Positions 25,700-38,779 are shown, counted from the first letter of the stretch. The stretch is 64,000 nt of DNA from Octopus sinensis (GCF_006345805.1 NC_043001.1:47802001-47866000); one strand, 5' to 3'. Made by a program: numbers and translations. Notes: a model not told the origin generated them from the letters alone.

Positions 25700-27385
25700 T
25701 TCAGTAATCTTATTTTTATCACGTGCTTACACTGCACTACCGAACACAGTCCTGTGTGCCCTGGGTATGTGCTGTAGTTTGTTTTGATGCTCTGATAGTT
25801 ACCGTATTGAAAGTGTTTTACTTAGGATGTTTGCGGTGCCTAGTAGTGCTATTTTCTGTATGTTACATATACTTGTTAGTCCTGGTGTTTTTGTTATGTA
25901 TTTGTCATACCTAATGCATCTACTATGATAGGAATTATTTCTGTTTTTAGACTCCACATTCGAGTTACCTCTATTTCCAGGTCTTTGTATTTTGAAAGTC
26001 ACTCCTCTTTGAGAGAAACATTGTCATCTGTTGATATTGATACATCGATTAGAAAGCATCTTTTTTCTTGGTCATCTCTGACAACTATATTCGGCCTATT
26101 GGCCTTAATTTCTCTGTCTGTGTGTATTAGTATATCACAGAGTACGGTTGCTTTCTCATTTTCTGTGACCTTTTCTGGCGTTTGCTTGTAGCATCTTTTT
26201 TTCTGTTGTTATTCCATAGTGTTGGCATAGCTTCTAGTGTATGTAGATTCCAACTCTGTCGTGTCTGTGGATATATTCCTTCTTAGACAGAACTGGGCGG
26301 TCAGAGACAATGTGAAAAATTGTTTCTTCTCCATCTCCACATGTTCTGCAGTTACTTGTCATGTTTCTTTTCATTACATGTTTTTGGTAATTTCTGGTGG
26401 AAAGGCTTCTTCAGTGTCTGCTTTGAGTCCTAAGCTTTTCAGCCATTGTTGGGATTTTGCTTTGTCTATTTCTTTTGCGTTTAGTTTAACCCAGCATTTG
26501 CCATGAAGGGGCTTTTCTTGCCATCGTTTTATCATGATCCGTTGCTGTTCTAGTTTTAGTTTGGATTTCATTTGTTTTACAGCTTTTGCTGTTTCTTCTT
26601 TTTCTTCATTGATGTTAGGTAGTATGACTTCTTGTTTGCATTTGTTAGTTTCCTTAAAGACTGAAAACGGTTTTTGTTTTTGTTCGTGTTTTATGGCTAT
26701 TTCTATTAGTTTTCCTTGCTTGTGAAGTTGGTATTTCTGTAGTCCTACGTTGGTTACCTTGTAATAGTTTTCTAGCTGTATAAGGTATCTACCACCATCG
26801 ATACATTGTATGTCAGATTGTAGGTGGTGCATCCTAAATCCTATCATTATTTTTCTTGATTTCCTGTCTATCTTGATCACTTCATTTAAAGTCAAGTTAA
26901 GAATATTGTAGCTGTAACATATAACTTGGACGGTTAGAGTGTTGATACCTATTTTCTTGTTTCTCGCATTGAGCTATGTTTTCAGTATTAATCTAACTCG
27001 TCTATAGTATTCTTTTTTTATTTTCCCTTTCATTTGTGTGTGTGTTGTATCGTATCTAGTTTATTGATTCCCAAGTATTTGTATGTCTGACTATGGTCTA
27101 ATTCTCTTATTTCATTTGCTTTATCTAGTATGATGAAGTTACTATTAACTAGTTTTCCTCTTTTCAAGGTCACTGTGGTACGTTTTTCTAAGCAAAATTT
27201 CATGTTTATTTCTTTGGTAAATCCATGTACTGTCGAAAGTAAGGTTTTCAGCTGGTTATCATTTATAGCATACAATTTTAGATCATCCATATTTAAGAGG
27301 TGGCTGATTGTTTTGCCGCAACAGTTGTACCTACAACCAGTTTTGTTTAGCATGTCAGATAAAGGTGTCAGTGCCAAAGGTGTCA
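25700..27385 (-). pseudogene. 5'-truncated R4/Dong-type LINE 3' end (RT tail, zinc knuckle, restriction-like endonuclease, 3' UTR, TAA tail)
   Basis: HLLNMDDLKL, KPLHGK, WLKSLGLKADTE, ETIFHIVS..RHDRV, KANRPNIVV..FLIDVSI, IQKIALLGTANILSKTL. The element runs into (TAA)n at about 25700. Confidence 0.9.
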
Positions 27386-27421
27386 TTATTATTATCATTA
27401 TCATTATTATTATTACTATTA

Positions 27422-27482
<61 letters not shown>

Positions 27483-28036
27483 GAGTGAGAGAGCAGTTCA
27501 TGCCATCAAAGTGACACTGGGGTAAAATATACGAAGCCCAATATACCCATCATGACTACCCGTCTGAAAAAGGTACACCAGGCACATGCATCACAACCAT
27601 ATGTGCGCGACATGGTGATCTCATATCAAGATAAACAGCACATGACCTTGCAGGTGGGGCCCAGTTAGAATTTTCTTCAGGTTGAGTAGCCCATCCCGCT
27701 CAAACGGTCCCTGAATAAGGGTTGTTTAAGGATGTTGAAAGAACCACCCATGTTTCCAGAGGTGAACTATTCAAACCCCAAAGAATCCCTCTCAACACAT
27801 GGCTATGATGCTCCCCCACTACTTCTGCTCGTGATCAGAGATGCACATATCGTCAGCTACTAAGGGACGTGCTCAACTGGTTAAGGTCAAACAACTGACA
27901 AGCAAATCTGTGGTATTGAGCAGAATATTTGCTGTAGCCCATCTTTTATACCAAGACAAAACAATGTACATGATAACACTTCCAATCAGTTAAGATCAGA
28001 AGCCATGAGAGCCACTGCCTGGTACTGCATCAGGGC
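27483..28036 (-). mobile_element. Family C element, third copy; a 5'-truncated fourth copy follows at 28092-28208
   Basis: Collinear with 24401-24954 and flanked by (ATT)n. Confidence 0.85.
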
Positions 28037-28041
28037 ATTTA

Positions 28042-28091
<50 letters not shown>

Positions 28092-28211
28092 GAGTGAGAG
28101 AGCAGTGCTTGCCATCAAAGTGACACTGGGTTACAAATGTTTGAAGCCAATAAACCAATCATGACTACCTGTCTGAATGGGGTACACTAAGCACAGGCAT
28201 CACAATCATCT

Positions 28212-28870
28212 GTATTATTATCATCCTTAGCTGCGGTTGATGGGATATGTCTGTTAAATTTGCGCTTGTTATGTGCAGCTATAATGGATTCGATACTAGG
28301 TACAGTGGAATAGGATAATTTAAGCGTGGATCGGTTAAAGATTTAGTGAAACACATGGTGTGGTGAGAAATTAGATTTGACGATAGCGTAGAATTGCATA
28401 GGTAAGCTCTTATCATTTAAAAGAAGGTGGGTGTACACCAAAGAATGCTTCTACCCCGCTTCTCTTTGGTAAACTTGGGGTCATAGTATTCAAGTTACTA
28501 GTGGGTATCTGAGATGTAACTTTATCTTGAAGATAATATTTCGCTCAAGGATTATCTTCATGATTATATTTCGCACGAGCGAGAAAAAGATAGTTGGGCA
28601 CGTTCAGTAAGTCATTTGCTATGAGTATGGGATATTGGGTTGAGTGTTCTTATCTCTAGTTGGGAGTATTATGTTCGTTGTTTTTGGGTACCGAGAATAA
28701 GGATCTAATTGTTCTAAGGAATTCTTAAGTCTAGTGTTAGATAAGAATTCTATTTGGTGGGAAAAACCATTAGCTAATAGCACCTGATTATAATAAGTGG
28801 TATGGTTGTTAAATATTGCTTTAGTTACAGACAGACATGAAATTCCAATAGAGATCCCCTTAATGACACT
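28212..28870 (-). pseudogene. Penelope-like RT C-terminal (thumb/linker) remnant
   Basis: Minus strand reads SVTKAIFNNHTTYYNQVLLANGF and FYAIVKSNFSPHHVFH*IFNRSTLKLSYSTVPSIESIIAAHNK. Confidence 0.75.
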
Positions 28871-28919
28871 ATTTAGAACAAATGTATGGAGATTAGGGTG
28901 ATCGTTCCAAACTCAGTAA

Positions 28920-29275
28920 AGCAAACACAGTAAAGCCATCTAATATTTTTCCAATAACATGTAGCTCACTTAATTAAATTTGTATAATTACTTATCATCA
29001 TACTCTTTTCTTATATATTTTGTATTTGTTGACTCTTACGTTACTCTCCTCCATTAATTCCTGTTTCTACACCCCACCTAGCTTGTGATTTATATTATGC
29101 CCATTCTAATTATACACTAGTTGAACTGAATTTATATACTTATCTTACCAGATTTCTTATTCTATATTAAAGGTATTTAGTTAAATACAGTTCCATCATT
29201 CATTATCACTCTATTTACCTCATCTCCATAAGTTATTGTCCACTCTATTCGAACCTACTGCTAACTTATATATGC
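28920..29275 (+). mobile_element. Inverted pLTR/3' UTR of the same PLE family, head-to-head with the RT remnant
   Basis: Diverged reverse-complement match to 21235-21580, for example gttgactcttacgttactctcctccattaattcc and cactctattcgaacctactgctaa. Confidence 0.7.
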
Positions 29276-29486
29276 GAGTATATAAGGGAGTGTATATGTA
29301 TTCCCCCCCCCCCCACGCACATAAATGACAGACGGAAAATGGAATATACGAGAAATTATATATATATATATATTCAGATGAATATGGTACTTAAGTTGAG
29401 GCACCAGGATTTAGTACGGTATTATCCATACAATTTTAAAATAAGGTGATTAAAATCAAAATAAGCAGCAAGGATATCCAGAGGTA

Positions 29487-29574
29487 ATGCAGTACGATCG
29501 TTTCACGGAACTCCATTTAATTGAACAATGAAACCATTACATGAATTTAAATGCTGAGCAATCCTCAGCTGCAC
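29487..29574 (-). ncRNA. Type I hammerhead motif, intact core, long stem II
   Basis: Minus strand: gtgcag CTGAGGA [57 nt partly paired stem II] GAAAC gatc GTA ctgcat. Stem I is 6 bp; stem III acgatcgt is palindromic. Confidence 0.7.
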
Positions 29575-31108
29575 AAACACATATAATTTAATTAAATTAA
29601 AACAGATGGACACATTAGTATAATTTTACCTAAAATCTCCAAGAAGTTAAGGAGATAGACAAAGAACATGCTGCCTTCACTTCCACTTAGAAGCTAAGGT
29701 ATCAGGAAGAAAGACTTGTTACAGATTTTGCTTGCCAGTTTTATGGGGTCAGTTTTAATTTATAAACTAGTTTATATCTAAACTAGTATATATATAAACT
29801 AGTGTATATCTAAGGCTGAAAGAACAGGGGCAGTGTCTGTTAGGGGTAGGGCTGAAGGAATAGACAGAAATCCTAGTGGATATAGTCATAAAAATCAAGA
29901 TTTATTTGAAGCAATATCATGAGATTTGGTAAAGGAAAACTTAAATCAAGATGTTAGCTGACAATTAAGGGAGCTGGCCACTAGCAGACCATTGATAATG
30001 AAACAGGGGAAATCTTATCATGTAGTACTATAGTTAATATTTTAAGCAATACTGCTATATTGTATAAAGTTAAAGTTTAGAGTTATTCAGAGGATTATTA
30101 AGAAGAATAATTATAATAAAAGGATAAAATGTTTTATGAATACTTTTGAGTATATACCAAACTTTTACCACAATAGAGGGAGGAAAAGAAATTATCCAGA
30201 AATAGATTAATATTTATACATATTATAAACTTAAATGCTAATATATCAGATAGTATCAGTGACTATTAATCAATTGGTATATACTGGTATTTAATAAAGG
30301 AATAATGGGGTATATATATATGTATGCCTATATATAAATATTTCATTTATTGCTAATAAGCATGCTCTTTCAGTAATATTTTACTATTTTAATATTTTAT
30401 TCTTCTATAGCCAACTCCAATATAACCAGTTGGTGTTTAACTCTTCCCCCACAACTTACCATATCAGACTCACAGTGCTGACAGGCTATCCTCAGATGGC
30501 TTCATTTATCTTATTTTATTTGCAACCTTCAAACATTATCCCACCCACTGTTGACTATCCAATAACCCTAGCCCACACTGATTGTCCACAATAAGATTCA
30601 TACATCTGGTTTTTTTTTATTACATTTTTCATTCATTCTTTATCAGTCAACTTACAATATCCCGTATTCATCTATATGAATGTATGATGAGTATGCGAAC
30701 ATGCGTAAATGTATGCATATAGACATGTATGTACATCCCTGTCACTACACACACACACACACATATACGCTCCTCTATGTCCATAGGTATCAGCGCGTAC
30801 GTGTATGCGAGTATTACTGAGTATACCTCGATCTGAGTTTATGTACGGGCGTATGCATCAGCATGTATGCATATGCATGTTTTAAGAGTACATGTCTGTC
30901 AATGTATATGTATTTGTGTGTATATATATATAAGTATATATATATATATATAAACTTAGATAAACTTAGTTATGTTTCGACCAAGGATTGGTCCAGGCCA
31001 TGTCTAACTTAATAGCACCACCTGATAGGATTATTCGAATCCTGTTTAAGTCAAGTTTTGTTTATGGTCCATTCAAGTAGTGAGTTCTTGTTGGGTGAGT
31101 TGTATATA

Positions 31109-31150
<42 letters not shown>

Positions 31151-31198
31151 TAGGAAGAAATGGAGCTGAACGAAGATTTAACAAAATTCCTTTTTATT

Positions 31199-31284
31199 AT
31201 TTTTTACATATGTTTCAAAGGCTGCAAAGTCCCTAATTCGGATTGAATAAGGAGTCCATTTTGCAGCCTTCTCTTCAGGAAAAT
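31199..31284 (-). ncRNA. Type I hammerhead motif, intact core, 12 bp stem II plus inner hairpin
   Basis: Minus strand: attttc CTGAAGA gaaggctgcaaa..tttgcagccttt GAAAC atat GTA aaaaat. The first stem I pair is a C.A mismatch. Confidence 0.7.
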
Positions 31285-31466
31285 CCAGAAACTTAATTCT
31301 CCAACAAAATGCACAGCAAGCTTTTCGACAAACGCTCACGAGGAGCCCATGGATTTTAGGCCCCATGGTCGTAACCTCAACCGTGCTTTTTCTGTTGTGA
31401 TTTTTGCTACCCAGGTGTCGGTTATCATTTGAATAATCCGTAATAAGATAATTCATTTATCTACTT

Positions 31467-31509
<43 letters not shown>

Positions 31510-31813
31510 CCCATGAATGACCATGGAATTGCCAAGAAAGTTACCCTCCACGGCACAAGTCCGGGCAAGGTTGTTTATGGAAGACCAGCAGTTGCCCATG
31601 CATACCAGTCTCCCCTCTCCGTGTCACTGATGTTATCTATTGGCAAAGCAAAGACCGATACAGCTTGACATCATTTCTATAGCTGAGTGAACTGGAGCAT
31701 GTGAAATAAAGTATCTTACTCAAGAACACAATACACAACCTGGTCGGGGAATCGAACTCACTACCTCATGATTGCGAGCACGACGCTCTAGCCACTGAGC
31801 CATGTGCCTTCAA
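31510..31813 (-). mobile_element. tRNA-derived SINE (family E)
   Basis: Minus strand starts gaaggcacatggctcagtggctagagc (A box) and gagttcgattccc (B box). Confidence 0.8.
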
Positions 31814-32007
31814 TGCATACATCTCCTTAACTGTACGCCCTCACTATACCATCGAACGTTATGCATTTATTATCCTTCCTTCACACTCTCCCGTACTCTT
31901 TGAAGACTCATGCACACCTCACTTTCGCATCAAATTACTAGTGATTCCAATCATCTTCTACTTTGAATTTTCCTTGATACTTGCTACAAAGAATATGTAT
32001 ATATATG

Positions 32008-32039
<32 letters not shown>

Positions 32040-32048
32040 ATATATATA

Positions 32049-32110
<62 letters not shown>

Positions 32111-32235
32111 GAGTGTAGAAATTCGGGGTGAGTACTTGATAATTATAAGCACCTGTGTATACCGTTTGGTGGTGTAGGTGGTGGAGTAAATTGATCAAAA
32201 TAAAAATAAAAATAAAAACATGAGGCGAAGGATTC

Positions 32236-32314
32236 AGCGGTACATATGTTCGGGCCTTTATTAGACAGATACATAACAAATCATAATGTATGTCTGTGGC
32301 CTTCTTCAGCCGCT
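32236..32314 (-). ncRNA. Hammerhead motif, left-arm copy, one A missing from GAAA
   Basis: Mirror of 33542-33621, but it reads ggcccGAACatatgta. Confidence 0.5.
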
Positions 32315-33541
32315 CACAACAGCTTCCACAAGGACATGTGTTAGTTCCGAAATTCTTGGCTGGGGATGCAAATCTTCTCGTTCCCGTACGACAAAATGCG
32401 GCAGCAGCATCGAATTGAATCGTCCATCTCCTTCTTCTCTCAATGTAGAATGAGGAAACTTGGATGTTGAGGTAATGTAAATAAATAAATACGTATATAG
32501 AGGTGAAGATGGAGGGGCGAGAGTTCGGGACGAGGGATAAAAAATATAAAATAATATAAAATAATGTATAAATGTAGATGATAAAGATATAAAGAGTTGT
32601 AAGGAGATGTAAAGGGGGTATAAAGGCATAATGTTGTAAAGTAAAAATAGAAATGGAAATAATAGTAAAAGAAGTAAAGGAACCTGATAAAAACATGATA
32701 AAAGTGTAAAAGAATGTAGGGATAAGGGATGTATAGAGGTCGCGGACCCAGCATGGTGGTCAAGAGATTGATAAAACTTAGTTGTAGAACTGTCAGTAAA
32801 TTAACGGTTTCGTCGTAAATCAGAGCTGATGAGAGTTTAATCTGGTTCCTTGAATTAAATGGACTTCCAGTACATACATATCATCATGGGTACATACACC
32901 CACATACACGCGTACATGTGTACGCGTCACATACACGCGTACATGTGTACGCGTGTATGTGGTGTATGTACCCATGATGATATGTATGTACTGGAAGTCC
33001 ATTTAATTCAAGGAACCAGATTAAACTCTCATCAGCTCTGATTTACGACGAAACCGTTAATTTACTGACAGTTCTACAACTAAGTTTTATCAATCTCTTG
33101 ACACCATGCTGGGTCCGCGACCTCTATACATCCCTTATCCCTACATTCTTTTACACTTTTATCATGTTTTTATCAGGTTCCTTTACTTCTTTTACTATTA
33201 TTCCATTTCTATTTTTACTTTACAACATTATGCCTTTATACCCCCTTTACATCTCCTTACAACTCTTTATATCTTTCATCTACATTATACATTATTTTAT
33301 ATTATTTTATATTTTTTATCCCTCGTCCCGAACTCTCGCCCCTCCATCTTCACCTCTATATACGTATTTATTTATTTACATTACCTCAACATCCAAGTTT
33401 CCTCATTCTACATTGAGAGAAGAAGGAGATGGACGATTCAATTCGATGCTGCTGCCGCATTTTGTCGTACGGGAACGAGAAGATTTGCATCCCCAGCCAA
33501 GAATTTCGGAACTAACACATGTCCTTGTGGAAGCTGTTGTG

Positions 33542-33621
33542 AGCGGCTGAAGAAGGCCACAGACATACATTATGATTTGTTATGTATCTGTCTAATAAAG
33601 GCCCGAAACATATGTACCGCT
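33542..33621 (+). ncRNA. Type I hammerhead motif, intact core, long stem II
   Basis: agcgg CTGAAGA aggcc acagacatacat..atgtatctgt..aggccc GAAAC atat GTA ccgct; predicted cut after 33616. Confidence 0.75.
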
Positions 33622-33751
33622 GAATCCTTCGCCTCATGTTTTTATTTTTATTTTTATTTTGATCAATTTACTCCACCACCTACACCACCAACGGTATACA
33701 CAGGTGCTTATAATTATCAAGTACTCACCCCGAATTTCTACACTCAACTAT

Positions 33752-33807
<56 letters not shown>

Positions 33808-33848
33808 GTATGTATGTATGTATGTATATAGATGTGTGTATGATGCGT

Positions 33849-34467
33849 TTACTGAACTACAAAAGAAACGTCGCGCTGTAAGAGATTATTTGTTTCACAC
33901 ACGTATTGAGATTATATTAATTTTATCACATATCAGGAAGATGTCACTGACCCACAACACCACTCTCTTTTGAATACACAAGGATTGCATCTAGGGTTCA
34001 AACTCGCTCACTTTTCATGAACATGGTAATGTTCACGAACGCATTCTTATGAAAAACATGATGCAGAGTCAAAACGTTGATTCATTGGGTATAAAAAGCA
34101 CTCAAATTTTCCAGCCTGTCATTCGTTTCCTGAACGCAGGAAGCATACCATGACTGACACGAAATCAGAGGAAACAAGCCATCGGACGTCTCTATGCTGG
34201 TCAATGTCCATGGGTCATTGCTAATGTCTTGAACTGCAGTATTCGGACAATTGAGCGGTTGAGAGAACGATAGAATGCCACAAACAGCACGGATAATCGC
34301 CTACGCAGTGGCCGGCCGAGGGTTACAACGGCACGTCAAGACCTCCATCTGCACCGATAGCACTTGCAGGACTGATTCCGGAGGGCAACGGAATCAGCTC
34401 GGTGAACAATAGGGAATCACCGCAAATGTATTTGTCCAGAGGCAGTTCGCCGCCGTCTGCAGTGGGC
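33849..34467 (+). pseudogene. Tc1-family DNA transposon remnant (5' end and N-terminal DNA-binding region)
   Basis: From 34145: IP*LTRNQRKQAIGRLYAGQ..IANVLNCSIRTIERLRER..DNRLRSGRPRVTTARQD..AVRRRL. A TIR-like actgaactacaaaagaaacg lies upstream. Confidence 0.85.
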
Positions 34468-34585
34468 TCAAAAAACCGTCAGAACTGGCGATATCAGCAG
34501 TGGATGTCTGTAATATAGATAGATAGGTAGATGCAAATGCACACATAAATACCTACATACATTCATACATACATACATACATACA

Positions 34586-34619
<34 letters not shown>

Positions 34620-34679
34620 CATACATACATACATACATACATACATACATACATACATACATACATACATACATACATT

Positions 34680-35230
34680 CATGGTGGCTGCCCCCTCGTT
34701 ATCGAGTATGGCCATTGCACGAAGCTTAATCAATGTTGTTATCGTGCAATGCCTGTGCAAGAAGATTTTTTTTAAGTGGGGAAAGGCTGTGCACTGAGTC
34801 AATCCCACGCACTAAGCAACAGCAGCCATAATCCGAAAGGAAGAACAAGTCAACATCATCGGTAACCACTGAGCCGCAGGTTCTGTGTCGGAGTTATCCC
34901 AGTTACCTGAGTTACCTTCTAGAAGGATGCCCTAACAAAGGCTAAGAGTCCTTCACTCTCAATAGTTTAACCGCGCGATCGGGTATTCAGTCCGATTATT
35001 TCTATGTCCCCGCGCATGATACGGCCTTAAGACATTTATTGAATGGCCGTTGACTCTCAAGAGTTCCTCCGCCCTTTGACGGGTTTTGTTTTTCGTCCCG
35101 CAGGATGTCCAGTAAACACCCTCCTCACCAAGCAATCTTGGTGGGGTTGCCGGTTTAGTCGCCGACGACCCGACCATACAACAATTTGTACTGGGTTACA
35201 TGTTACCAGTAGCACTTGAAAGTGACCTGA
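34680..35230. mobile_element. Higher-GC repeat fragment, possibly an RTE-clade 5' UTR
   Basis: Motifs such as gagttaccttct..ggatgccctaacaaaggctaagag resemble RTE 5' regions as I recall them. No coding support. Confidence 0.3.
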
Positions 35231-36088
35231 CATACATTCATGCATGCATACATACATACATACATACATACATACATACATACATACATACATTCATACA
35301 TACATACATACATACATACATACATACATACATCATCCATCCATCCATCCATCCATCCATCCATCCATCCATCCATCCATACATACATACATACATACAT
35401 ACATACATGCATACATACATTCATACATACATACATACATACATACATACATACATTCATACATACATACATACATACATTCATACATACATACATACAT
35501 TCATACATACATACATACATGTACATGTAGTATTTATGATGTACTTACAACGCAATAGAAGAAAGAGTGATGTACTGCTTAGATGGAAAGAGACTTCCCC
35601 ACTTCCTCTGATCAAAGGTGGTTCTTTGCCCCTGCTTGCCCCAAATCGTGGACCCACGATAGCTGGGTTATTTTAACTCACCGTTATCTACTCACGTCTG
35701 TTAGACTTAACCCTCAGCTACATATGTGTGTATGTGTGTGTATAAGTTTGTGTGTCTCTGTTTGTCCCCCTAGCATTGCTTGACAACCGATGCTGGTGTG
35801 TTTACGTCCCCGTCACTTAGCGGTTCGGCAAAAGAGAACCGATAGAACAAGTACTGGGCTCACAAAGAATAAGTCCTGGGGTCGATTTGCTCGATTAAAG
35901 GCGGTGCTCCAGCATGGCCGCAGTCAAATGTCTGAAACAAGTAAAAGAGAAAGGGATATCCCACAAAATGCACGCGGCATTTATTTACGGTCATTTTACG
36001 TTCTGGGTTCAAATCCAGCAGCAGTTTACATCGTCTTTCATCCTTTCATACAGTAAAATAAATGCCAGTCAATTACCTGCGCTGATTT

Positions 36089-36463
36089 GTGGAGGCGCAA
36101 TGGCCCAGTGGTTAGGGCAGCGAACTCGCGGTCGTAGGATCGCGGTTTCGATTCCCAGACCGGGCGTTGTAAGTGTTTATTGAGCGAAAACACCTAAAGC
36201 TCCACGAGGCTCCGGATCCCTGCTGTACTCTTTCACCACAACTTTCTCTCACTCTTACTTCCTGTTTCTGTTGTACCTGTATTTCAAAGGGCCGGCCTTG
36301 TCACTCTCTGTGTCACGCTGAATATCCCCGAGAACTACGTTAAGGGTACACGTGTCTGTGGAGTGCTCAGCCACTTACACGTTAATTTCACGAGCAGGCT
36401 GTTCCGTTGATTCGGATCAACCGGAACCCTCGTCGTCGTAACCGACGGAGTGCTTCCACTTCC
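36089..36463 (+). mobile_element. Complete family H SINE with a 14 bp target-site duplication
   Basis: A box tggcccagtgg, B box ggtttcgattccc; acctgcgctgattt at 36075-36088 and 36464-36477. Confidence 0.95.
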
Positions 36464-36769
36464 ACCTGCGCTGATTTAATATTTGCATATAGCTTCCTAA
36501 ACGGGAATTGAATTATAATAGGAATGGAATACATAGGTATATCTCTTAAAGATTTGTGAATCGGACCGTCTCGTTATAATAGTGCCAATCACAAGATCCG
36601 AATTCTCAACGCTTTGGTTTGTTGTGGAAACATCTATCGATTGGGCAGTCTTTAAGTTTCTTGTATTGTTTTTGTTGTTGCGATTGTCGTCATCGCCGTC
36701 GAAGTTGTTGTTGCCGAGCTTTTTCTCTTGCGCAATAGAGAAAATTCAGTGACGTAATAAACTCCTTGA

Positions 36770-36856
36770 TTCGGTCATTTCTTCATTACTGCTATTACTA
36801 CGGCAATGACCACCACCACCACTACCACCACCGTCAGCGATGCAACTATTATTACA

Positions 36857-36889
<33 letters not shown>

Positions 36890-37175
36890 ACATCGACACG
36901 ACAATAACTACAACAACAACTACTGCTACTACAACTATTACTACTACAACCACTACCGCCTCTACTGCCACTAGTACTACTACTACCAGCACCACCACCT
37001 TCATTACTACTACTACTACCACCACCACCACCATCATTACTACTACTACTACTACCACCACCACCATCATTACTACTACTACTACTACCACCACCACCAC
37101 CACCATTACTACTACTACTACCACCACCACCATCATTACTACTACTACTACTACTACCACCACCACCACCATTAT

Positions 37176-37208
<33 letters not shown>

Positions 37209-37240
37209 CACCATTACTACTACTACTACTACTACTACTA
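36770..37240. repeat. Compound trinucleotide microsatellite (CTG/ACT/ACC)
   Basis: Runs of ctg, act and acc; the overlapping poly-T/V/S/G ORFs are artefacts of the repeat. Confidence 0.95.
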
Positions 37241-37550
37241 AGCTGTTTTTGCGGTTTTGTTTGTCTCACATAGTTGTTAGCTGTTATTCTCTTTCTCTAT
37301 TCTCTCATTCTCTCACTCTTTCACACACACACACGCAGTCACAACTTCAACCCCCTTTTTCTTTCTCTCTCTCTCTGTCTCTCCCCCCCTCTCTCTCTCT
37401 CTATCTATCACATGTGAGAAACGAAATACAAGCTAGGTAGGTTCCTGTCGTAACGACAAACAGAGGGTTATGTACTGCAGAAACGAACAAGTAGACAGAG
37501 CAGAGGAAGTAGGAGGTAGAAGAGGGGAAACCAAGTGGTGATGGTGGTGT

Positions 37551-37596
<46 letters not shown>

Positions 37597-37657
37597 TAAC
37601 AGTAGCAACGGTGGTGGTGATGGTGGTGACCGAAGCTGTATTTCGTTTTTCATATGT

Positions 37658-37704
<47 letters not shown>

Positions 37705-38005
37705 AGGGAGTTACAGAAGTAATGAGGGGCGGGAGGCGTAGGAGGAATCGTAGAATGGGAAATAACAATAAAAAAAAAAGGGTAAGATATATATTAGCAG
37801 GGAAGTAAAAGGAAGAGAAAGGAGAGGAAGACACGGAAGCGGAGACGAGAAGGAAAAAGGAAAAGAGGAAGTTATATACAGGGGTAGAGTCTTTGAGTGT
37901 GTGTGTGGGGGGGCGGGGGTGACTGTAGGGAGAAAAGTAGTAGGAAGAGGCGAATGAAGGTAGGAGGTGAAAGTGAAGCAATATTGATTATGTCTCTATA
38001 AACAG

Positions 38006-38051
<46 letters not shown>

Positions 38052-38190
38052 TGTGCGTGCGTGTTTGTGTGTGTATGTGATGTGCATGTATATCTATATC
38101 TAAGTGTCAACGTGTGTGTTTATGTGTGTGTATGTGTGCGTGCATGTGCATACGTAGGCATGTGTATGTATGTGTGTGTGTGCGTGCGTA

Positions 38191-38224
<34 letters not shown>

Positions 38225-38609
38225 TGTGTATGTGTGTGTGTGTGTGTGTGTGCGTGTGTGTGTCTAAGCCTGCTCGTGTCCGGGATAGAGTTAAAGACAT
38301 AACATAGCTGGAAAGGAAAACATGTTATACGTGACTTGTCTCCATGTGTATGTATGTGTGTACCATATGCGCATGTCCTTGTGCGTTTGTGTGTGTGTGT
38401 GTGGGTGTGCGCGCGCGTGCATCTTTGTGTCTGTGTTTGTCCCCTTGAGACCAATAGACCCAAGTCTTTATTATTATGTTTCAGACTTAAGAATAAATAC
38501 TGAATTCGATTTGTTCGAGTAAAACACTCTAAAGGAAGTAGTCCAGCATGACCATAGTCCAAAGGCTGAAAGAAGTAAAAGAAGAAAAAGAAACTAGTAT
38601 ATATATATA

Positions 38610-38724
38610 AAGGGTGGTCGCCAGGAAAGCAGAAACTTTGTCGCTTATTGAGTACTTCAAATCGATCTTGTAAAAATATAAACCGACATTTCCCGAATTT
38701 TCCGCTTTTCTAGCGACTACCCTG
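38610..38724. mobile_element. 115 bp MITE with 26 bp imperfect TIRs (Tc1/mariner-like CAGGGTG end)
   Basis: aagggtggtcgccaggaaagcagaaa versus tttccgcttttctagcgactaccctg. Confidence 0.6.
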
Positions 38725-38734
38725 CATCCCCGCC

Positions 38735-38779
<45 letters not shown>

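Larger units (their letters stand above)
32105..33750. repeat. 1.65 kb near-perfect palindrome between (TA)n tracts; each arm is a pLTR-like unit with a hammerhead
   Basis: Mirror-image ORF pairs 32820..33002 / 32859..33041 and 32028..32696 / 33106..33804. The centre carries two tandem copies of cacatacacgcgtacatgtgtacgcgt (32901-32954). Confidence 0.95.

Noticed and set aside
24401-28208. Repeat-spacer appearance suggesting a CRISPR-like array
   Set aside because: The units are 555 bp elements separated by microsatellite, in eukaryotic DNA, with no unique spacers or cas genes.
34680-34810. Superficial snRNA-like look
   Set aside because: No match to the U6 or U2 conserved motifs I know.
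36091-36160. tRNA gene (also at 6440, 18264, 22798 and 31760)
   Set aside because: A and B boxes are present but run straight into SINE bodies; the 36089 copy has a TSD and I could not fold a full cloverleaf.
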